64,000 bases of DNA, taken from assembly GCF_037042905.1 (NCBI RefSeq), contig NC_087252.1, positions 24,988,001 through 25,052,000 on the forward strand, read 5' to 3'. The notes under the pieces are model-generated. The model was not told the origin of the DNA, searched no databases, and saw nothing but the letters and a program-made list of their open reading frames with translations. Of this stretch, positions 54,965-64,000 are shown in pieces. Position numbers and translations under genes: made by a program. Position 1 is the stretch's first letter. Every line of letters starts with the position of its first letter. Origin of the DNA: Lytechinus pictus (Eukaryota).

Positions 54965-56369
54965 ATGGTCAGTTCCCCCTTGTCTGCGCGGTCTCCCAAG
55001 TCTGCGCACCCTCCTATCTGCGCGATTCTAGTTAGAGAAGATACGCAACGAGCACGAACTTTACACATGCAATACATAGACAGGTATTCATAAAAAAATC
55101 TGAATCAAAATGGTAGAAAAGTAATGAATTCAGGGCATTTCATGTGACGGCCTCAAAATGCAGCCTTTTGTCATCAAAATCCCCGAATCGTGTGCAAAGT
55201 GAATGAGTGCGCAGACATGGGGTACCATTTTTTTTTCAATCTGAAAATGACTGCCCGAGGTTTTTTCAAGAAAATCTTATATTTTCTTTCATTTTTTAAT
55301 GAGAAATTTGGTACACTTACTCTTAATAATTTAAGGACGTTCCACAGTTAAAGTGAAATCCATGTCATTTTCGCCAAACTTTGCACATAGATACTTTAGA
55401 ACTTTAATATTCGAAATATGCAAAAATTAACATAGGTCCATGTGCTTGATTTTTTGCTATAGAGCTTCAAAGTTCACCCAAATTGATGTTGTAAAGAATT
55501 GCGCATTCAAAAGAATTTGGCATTTTTAGACCTCGCAAGATTACTACAATGAGTTTAAACCTCTATTACTCAGTCAAAATACATGAAAAAGTCATCAAAT
55601 TTCGCAAGAGAGTTAATACTTGTATCGTTAGAATGGAGAATCTATTTATAGTGCTATTTGTTTGCAGTTTTAAGTCTAACAGCACTGTCAGTTCTTAAAA
55701 TGGCGTAAAAGATAACAAAAACCCAATCTAAACAAATGTAAAATTTCAATAACATACTACAAAAGTACGATAAATGCTGCACTTTATTCAAAATCCATGT
55801 CATTTTCACCAAAATTTGCAAAGTTGTAGAGGAAGGTATACCTAAGAGGTACAAACATTAAAAAATGGGGGTTCATGTGCTTGTTTTTAAACTATCAGCA
55901 TTTTTATTAGAGCAAATGTGCTTTTTAAAACACAAAAAATGTGCCGAATGCTTTGTATCTATGTGAAGAAAAAATCAAAACCACTCTACCATTTATTCAA
56001 ACTCGGGGACTTATTCGTGATTCTTGGCAGCACTGCAGAGTAAAGTATTTTGAAATTGTAGAGATGTATTTTAAAATGGTCCATGGAATAATTCCATTTT
56101 TTAGCTTCATAAGATAATGCATCGGATCTGCAGTTAGAGTACAGATGATGAGAAAAATCAGCTCATATCCAGAGCTAATTAATCACTCGTTCATCCATTG
56201 TGACGTCAGCGCGCAGAGTGTAAACTATGCGCAGATCATAATGCGCACAAACATAACTGTGGAACGTCCTTAAGGAACACTATTAACCAAAGGATTTTGT
56301 GAAATAAGAAGAAATTCATGTTAAATCTTAACTCAAATTGTATAGGTGCGCAGACTTGGGGCCCACCAT
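54965..56369. mobile_element. Host MITE carrying Kolobok-like copy 2
   Basis: Inverted repeats CCCAAGTCTGCGCACC (54995-55010) and GGTGCGCAGACTTGGG (56345-56360). Exact ends are uncertain. Confidence 0.5.
55335..56269. mobile_element. Kolobok-like TIR element, copy 2 (opposite orientation to copy 1)
   Basis: Same TIRs, TTAA at 55331-55334 and 56270-56273. The internal sequence is the close reverse complement of 50682-51617. Confidence 0.9.
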
Positions 56370-59290
56370 CTTCTTCTTCTTCTTCTTCTTCTGTTGATTT
56401 CCTCCAGTCCTGGAGAACTGCGAGATCCAGTGGATACGCAGAAAAAGTGGTTTGATAAATACATATAGAAACAAAAGAGCAAGGCTCAGGAGGAGATTGG
56501 AATAATGTGTATCACCGGACTGTCTAGTTGTTGTTCACCAACAGAGAACGTTTAACATGAAGCTCATGCAAGAAATGAAGAGAGTAGTAATGAAGTTGGG
56601 GAGCTGAGGCAACAGATATACTAGTTCCATTCGTGTCCAATCCAAGAAGTACAACATTAGTAACAGCTGCTGCGACTTGTGACACAGGAGTTATGGCAAG
56701 ATCATGTTGGAGGTAGGGAGGAAGGTTGGTGAGGAACCTTTTCCTTTCATCCGTATAGAGGGTGCATTCTCCTATAAGGTGGGTTACAGTCTCATCCTTG
56801 ATATTGCAATAGCATGTGCTATCATGACGCCTTCCAATCTTGGTGAGACGTGTGTTGGTAGCATAGACACCACAAAGAAGTTGACTCTTCAGGGATAAGG
56901 CTTGGCGATGACTATGAGAGTTTAGCCTTGACGGGAGCAGAGTTGTCCTCTGGGCGCAGTCTAGGTGACTAAGCAGCTGAAGTGAGGATTTGGCTGCTAG
57001 AGCCGCTTGGGTTTCTTCCTCCCTGTAGTCAAGAACGGCTGTAGAGATGAGTCTCTTCCATTGTTTGTACTGTATAGGGGAGTTGAGAAGATCATTGAAG
57101 GAGGGTAGGTCGTACTTGTTGATGAGGGATTGGAACATTTGGACAGTCTTGGAGCTGGGGTGCTGGCACATAACATGAAGAAGAAGACGATACTCTAGCC
57201 TGCAGGGGTCGAGGTTCACCAGCTTCCCCAGAAGTCTGAGGCGTTGGATGGCTACGATATCAGATACCGCCGGGAGGCCAGTGAGGATATGAACTGATTC
57301 ATTGGCAGTAGAGCGAGGAAGACCTAGTAGGGTTTTAAATAGGGATATTTGGGCCCTATCTAGGCGATCTAGGGCTGCCTTCGTCAAGTGGATGACCTCT
57401 GAACCATACAGCATCCTAGGTACGCAATATCTCTCCCAGAGTGATGCCATGACTGCGGGGGTGAGTCCCATAGTATACGGAATGCTCCCACACCAGTAAG
57501 ACTAAGAGCATAGAGAGTCTTGTTGCCGGCACTGGTTCACCCCGACCATTCGCCATACAGAAAAATGTACGGGGTGGGACTGATCTGAGACCAGTGCCGC
57601 TAACACTGTCATTTCTATGTAGGAACGCGCAAAGTAAAAGAGTCTGACTTACCAATTCTTGTGTTGACCCAAATGCAGATTTTGGTTCTACTTAAACAGG
57701 ATTCCAATGCCCAATGTGTCAAATATCGTTCTTCAATTAAAGATTTCTTTCTAAATCGGGTAAAATCATAAGGAAATTTTTCCTTATTCTCGTCTGGTCC
57801 ATAGTCTCCTACGTAAGTATTTCAGCACGCCCTCTTGTGCTGAATAAAAGAAAGCTAGCCACTGAACAGTGGCAACCACAGAGCTGGTTACAATAAGCTC
57901 CTACCTGTTTCCGGTGAAGCATAATAATAGGGAGCTCCGCGATCCGGGGACTGTAGTCTTTTTCTCACCTGACACCACTAACGTACCTATTAGGGGCAGG
58001 GAGGGCACACTGCACCCCCTGACGAGTCACAACTCATGCAAGGGACGTACCCCTGCCCTCCTGACAAGTCACAACTGATCCCTGTGACGAGCCACAAGTG
58101 GCCCCCTCTTTTGAACTTGAAGACCTTTTTTTTTTTTTTTTTTTTTCAAATTTTTTGGCGGACGAATTTGCCCCCCCCCCTTAAAAAATCCTGGGTACGC
58201 CACTGCCTGACACTCAATATTTTGTTCACTATTTTTTTTTTACACAAGAATTATTGTTGTCACGTAGGCGGCGGAGGGGGGGGGGTACACATTCAATACC
58301 CCTTAAATTTCAGGAGGAGGGGAGAGTTCCCCTTAAGAAATAAAGAAAAAAAAAACAAAGAACAAAGACTGAGAAAAAAGTAAGAAATAACAAATCAAAA
58401 GAATTAATTTACGCTCAAAAGAAAAAAGAAAGAAAGGGTAAGGGAAGAGGAAAACAGACAAATGATGCTCTGGATACAGTACTAGAAATATTATAGATAA
58501 GCCCCCCAAAATAGCCATTTGGAGTTTTTGGACTTTTTTATTCTTTAAACATGTTTATCTAGACGAAACAAAATTGCCAATCTGTCGAGGCTATCGAGAC
58601 ATGTTTACCAGAATGCATCACGAGTAGTGTTTCATCCATCCGGGTGGATGAACCTCTATGGCTTCGTGATATTTTTTTTCTTTTTCGATTTGTCACGATC
58701 AAACACCATTGAACGAACCAAGAGTAGTGACGGTCACCGGAGGTGGAAAAATCTGTGAGTTTTTAGTCATTTTTCATATTATTTTCAGCAATTAGATCAT
58801 ATTTGTTATATAAATTTATGTCAAGTATCACACTTAATCAAGTTCGATAAGGTCATGATGTTTGGGTGAGGGAAGAGGAGGAAAATAGTCGATGCTTTTT
58901 TTGGCCATGCTAGTGTATACACACGAGAACGAGGTTATATTATAACCTCGTTCGTAGGATGAGTGGTTGCCGGTAGATATCATCTTGGAAGTAGCATCAA
59001 GTTTGTGTGAGGAACGGGTGATACCCAGATGAGGGTGCTTGTCTACGAGAGGTATGGTACAAGAACCAAATTGCCATGCCTCTGAGGTCTGGGGACCAGA
59101 TCCAGTGCCAGTGATGATGACGGCACTCTTAGACGGATTGATGGTATAGCGCCACCTGCAGGAATAGTCGAAGACAAGTTGAAGCATACTGTTCAGTTCT
59201 TTTGCGGAGGTAGCCACTAGTGCAACGTCATCTGCGAGTACAAGAATGCCTGTGTATATGGACTGGGTGAAAGCTCCGAGGCCCGACTAA
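56370..59290 (-). mobile_element. Second 5'-truncated LINE (RT C-terminus plus C-terminal Cys/His motif, (GAA)n tail), interrupted
   Basis: LADDVAL motif at about 59220-59240, KHPHLGI, PRMLYGSE, C-terminal CYC...ETVTHLIGEC, (TTC)n on + at about 56369-56391. Split by the insert 57530-58965. Clade uncertain (RTE/RTEX-like is a guess). Confidence 0.85.
57530..58965. mobile_element. 1.4-kb insertion with 8-bp TSD and only 4-bp terminal inverted match (CACT...AGTG)
   Basis: GTTGCCGG at 57522-57529 and 58966-58973; removal rejoins LINE codons ISTGNKTLY. It contains a nested GGCGTAC-family MITE at about 57980-58206. Confidence 0.8.
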
Positions 59291-60571
59291 TAACTAACCT
59301 CGCAATACGTGTGAGTGGGCATGACGGGATGGCCATAAAATTAAAAAGTTGATCCGCAGCTCACTCACTGTATATATTATACTATAATGTCGTCATCAAT
59401 AACGCAATTGGTATCATACTCCTGAACCCTGCTCAGTGTTGGAGCTCAGTTCAGCAGCCTTTTCACGCTCTCAACACCAACACCAAACACCGTAATATTA
59501 GTTACGTAACTTGCAAACTCAGGAGGTCTGCTCCTCCTCGCAGCGCACCCGGTAGCGTCGGCCGGCTGGCTGACGAGATGCCGCTCGCATAGCCATGATA
59601 TTAGGAAGGGAGCAGCAGTCAAGAAAAAAAAACGAGAACCAACAACGGAATTCGGAACCACTCTTTTTTTTATATAAATAATATATTAACTTACTGATTT
59701 ATTAGCCTTATAGTGAGTGGATCTAGGAGTTGATGACTTCTGTAACAGTTGAATACAATGAGTAGTTTGGTAAAGTTCCCGGCGTAAAGAAGAACACATC
59801 ATCACTTTTCATTAACTTCCCTGCAACAAGGGCGCATCCATTTTTTGCTTCATAAAAAATACCGCCATCTCTTGACATTTGTCTGAAAGTCCTTATTTAT
59901 ATTCATCTATCTATCCATCTATCCATCGATATATCTATATATATCTATCTATCTAGCTATCTATCGATCTATATCTATCTATCTCCATAGGTGGATCCAG
60001 CTTAAATTAGCGAAAGGGGGGGGGGGGCGCACTGCCGAGCGGCGCACATATTTTTGCACTTCACCGGCGCCATAAAAGAAAATGTTGAAAAAGGGGTAAA
60101 GTCTGACCCTGTCAAATGCTCTTTTCAAAATGTAGGATTTCCAGTCATGCCATTTTGCATGACCACACGCAGATATAATATTTCCGTAATAAAAGTATTT
60201 GGTGCACATCTCACATTTGCACATTTTTCATAGTTTTCATGAAATGTTAAGGGGGAAAAAAGTGTTTTCACAACAGCTGATCGGGATATTTGCCCCCCCC
60301 CCCCTTGCTGCGTACGACCATTCCCTGAAGTCCACTTAAACATATAACAGAAAATATACATCAATTTAATCATATTATCTTTCTTAAACATATATAGAGA
60401 GAGATTGTAAAACTTATTAAAGATAGAAACAAGCAAAAAGTAACACAAATTATGCATGTCAAGTTATGTGCGATTTCAAAATCTCGTGTATGTACTAACC
60501 CTTTTATTGCGATGAGGCCAATACTTTTGTATATTTATTGAGATACAATTTTTTTTTACTATATATATACA

Positions 60572-61450
60572 CAGGGGCGTTGATCCTTTTTTTCAGATGG
60601 GGGGGGGGGCAAAATCATGAATCAACTTTCCAAAGGCGCTCGATCACACAAAACAAACAAACTCACACACAAACACGCACACACACATATGCATATATTT
60701 ATTTATTCATATGACTCATGAGATAGAAACACATATCTCACCAACAAATTAATGCGAGCGCGAGCTGAATTTTTTTAGTATACTGACCTGAAAACAGGAA
60801 AAAGGTGCCTGTTTAGGACTGTTTGTAGTAACTCATGAGGAGGATACATATCTCACTACACAGATAATGCGAGTGCCGAGGGCGAGCTGAAATTTCTTTA
60901 TATTCTGACCAGACAGCTTGATATTCTAAGCATTTTTGGTACCAATGATTAAGATGGATCTAAAATAAACAATAGACGCGAGCGCGAAGCGCGAGCTTAA
61001 AATTTTGATATTTCGATCTGAAAAAATGACAGTTTAATGGAAGTTTTTGATAAAAAACAGGATTATATCCAACAAAAGATTATTGAAAATCGATGCGGGA
61101 GTTCTTTTGAGGTTTAGAACTGAAAACGGGACATTATTCACCTATTTAATCATGAAAAGTATGGGGTTGTGCTACATAAATGATGCGAGCGCGAAGCGCG
61201 AGCTGAAAATTTGTATATTCCAATCGGAAAAACGGACAATTTGAGCATGATTTTAAATAAAGAACGAGTTGTGTAGCTCAATCTCGCTTGCTGATTTCTG
61301 TGTAACATTACCATCTTATTTTATTTTTGCACATGCGGAATCATTGGGGGGGGGGGGCAAAAGGATATGTTTGCCCCCCCCCCCCAATATTTTCATTTGT
61401 GGGGCGATCGCCCCCCCCCCCCGCCACCACCCCCAGGATCGATGCCTCTG
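60572..61450. mobile_element. hAT-like MITE, 8-bp TSD
   Basis: CAGGGGCGTTGATCCT...AGGATCGATGCCTCTG; TATATACA at 60564-60571 and 61451-61458; internal GCGAGCGCGAAGCGCGAGC repeats. Confidence 0.8.
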
Positions 61451-62804
61451 TATATACAATGATACTACATCATGAATCATTTGGAATACATCACCAATCC
61501 AGGTATATATATTATCATTCAATTTTCATGTACATGATGTATAGGCCTATATACAGATTTGGTATTTATATATATATATATGTATTGTGATGCTTTTCAC
61601 TAAATATAATGCAATTTAATTTGTAATGATGAGTAATTTTTATCTAATTACTTTGATGAAACTGGATGCTTATGGCCTGAATTCAGAAAGAGATCCTTCA
61701 AGACAGAGCTTTGGAAATAGTTCTCCAGTTTTACAGGTATCGTTATCTTTTCAGATGAATAATATTTAACTTAATGGAAGATGAAAATAAATCAAATTTT
61801 GTGGCGTAAACATTTAAACGTTAAAACATAGGTATTGACAAACTGTATTTATACATTGAAAATGATATTTAGTGGTTTAAGGTCTAACGAATATACGTCT
61901 GGTTGCGTAATTATTCACTCCCGGTATTAGCAACGGGTTTTAGCAAAGTTTATTTGGACTAAAATATCGAATCATCTTCATAAAACACTATAGTCATGAC
62001 AGTAGCTGTCTTACACTAAAGGCCATAGAGGTGGCACAATGTGGAATGTGTAAAGAAGAAAAGCGACTGACCTTTTTTTATTAAAGCATTGGAAAATAAG
62101 ATTAAAATTAAAGGATTTACTTTACACTTTTGTATGATTCTGGGATTTTTAAAAAAACAAATTAAAGATTTCATGACATCTGTGGGCAACTGCCCCGGCA
62201 ACTGCCCCGCCCCAGTCCACTCTGTAAGCTAGGGCATGCGATAAGCATCCTACATAGAGTAAATCCTGTATAGTGATTGGTTCAAGTAGCATCATGTGAC
62301 CTAATATATTTCAACTATGATGTTGCGTGACGTCAGACCTCGATATATTTTTGGATATATCGAGGTCTGACGTCATTATTTCGCAAAACTGGATATCTAG
62401 CTAAACTCTCGGGCGCACCGGCCAGCGCGCTCTCTCTCCCGGGCAAGTCCCGCGATGCGTCGGCGCAGGCACTGATCTGCGTTCTGCTGAGCGCGGTGGC
62501 TCGGAGAAAAGTAGGTAATTCAACTCAAGTAACCGGACTTTGCAAGCTCAACGCATAGATTTTGGTTGTAAATTATCAAAAGTAGGATATAAAACAAATA
62601 TACCAGGCGTTTCATTCGAAAGCATAGTGGGAATTATTAATCCTCGGTTGGACTGGCAAAACTACTATATTTCCCTCGGGGCTTCGCCCCTCTGGAAAAA
62701 TAGTAATTGCCAGACCAACCTCGGATAAATAATTCCACTATACTTTCTCAAAGCCTGATATATTTGTTTATTATACTTTTATGACCATTCAACAATAAAA
62801 TGTA

Positions 62805-63250
62805 TAACCAGGTGCCGTTGATCATTCTTAACCGGCGCCGATCTATATTTGGTTGGCAATAGGCCCTTCTTCATTATTCTACCGGCGCCTATTTATTGGA
62901 ACCAGGGGACGCTGATTATTCTTGACCGGCGCCGATTTAAATTGAGGTGGCGGTTAAGACAAAGTCAGCGCCGATTTGTCTTGACCGGCGCCGATTTAGA
63001 ACAAGTAGTGCTGATTATGTTTACCGCGACGTCACGTAAGAATCAGTCAGCGGCAATTCATAATCGACTGGCGCCGTTTAGCTCCAGGAGGCGCCGATTA
63101 TTTTTGACTGGCGCCGATTTTTAACCAGGTGGTGCTGATTATTTTTGACCAGCCCCGATTTGGATTTAGGTGGAGCTGATTATTCTTGATCGGCGCCGGT
63201 TAAGACTCAGGCAGCGCCGATTTATAACCAGATGGCGCTGATTATTCGTG
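62805..63250. repeat. Degenerate GC-rich tandem repeat
   Basis: Recurring GCTGATTATTCTTGACCGGCGCCGATTT motif. Confidence 0.8.
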
Positions 63251-64000
63251 TCCGGTGTACCGGCGGATCCTGCGCCTGGCAGATACTGTTCTAGGCACCA
63301 AATCCGCCGGCGGATCGTGTTCTTCTCTGGCGGATTCATTACCACTCTCTTCGGAAGATATCGTTCTTGCGCTATCGCGATATCCTTCATTCACATACGT
63401 CACGTGGTACGAGAAAACTAGTCAAAAGCGGTAGATTTCATCAATTAAAGCTTGCAGAAAAAGATATTTATGTTATCTCTATGTGATATGAGTGAAAAAA
63501 TAAAATGCGTAATCTGAAAGGGGAAAATAACGCATTTTCTTGTTACAACTCTATGGAATTACACCACTTCTAACATTGCGAGGCCGGTGAAAGCATTTTC
63601 GAAACCCGATATATTCAGCTGTAAGCGATGACTGCATGAAACTTGCATTTCTGTTTTTAGTTTAAATTAATAGCTTTCGATTTGTCTGATTTGTCAATTA
63701 AATTTTGGGGTCTGGTCTGGGTCTTTAAATAGTCCACACTTAGTCTTCATTCAACTGTCAATGTCTGCTGCACTACTAGTATACAAAGAATTTTCCCCCA
63801 AGATAATGCTTGTATTCAAATAACATGCATTTGTTAATTTATTTCATACCTATTAATTTGTTCCCAGGTAACAAGCCAACGTTGGCTCCACGTTGGAAAC
63901 TTGAAAGTCGTTGGACGTTGGAAAAACTTGATGGATTAACGTTGAATCGACGTTGGAAACTAGTTTGATGGAAAGATGATGGACAATCAACAATGACACG

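Overview
AT-rich, intron- and repeat-rich eukaryotic DNA from a marine invertebrate. Gene structure and the SINE/MITE repertoire look echinoderm (sea-urchin)-like, which is an inference. Four spliced genes were rebuilt by hand from GT-AG boundaries. (1) ATP6V1A (+, 13 coding exons, 830-16608, 613 aa) has a U12-type intron whose donor is tandemly triplicated. (2) A 71-aa G-protein gamma subunit (-, 26424-29188, ends in CAAX CTLL) is missed by the ORF track. (3) An AAC4-like gene (+, about 32256-34503) has a main frame open for 113 codons before its first AUG and overlapped by a 55-aa AUG-initiated ORF ending GGT-TAG, a candidate +1 frameshift, non-AUG start or uORF-controlled gene. (4) EBAG9/RCAS1 (-, 42909-47027, 233 aa). 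The region 50490-59290 holds two 5'-truncated LINEs disrupted by nested DNA-transposon insertions with recoverable TSDs. The rest is tRNA-derived SINEs, many MITE families, hairpins and simple repeats.
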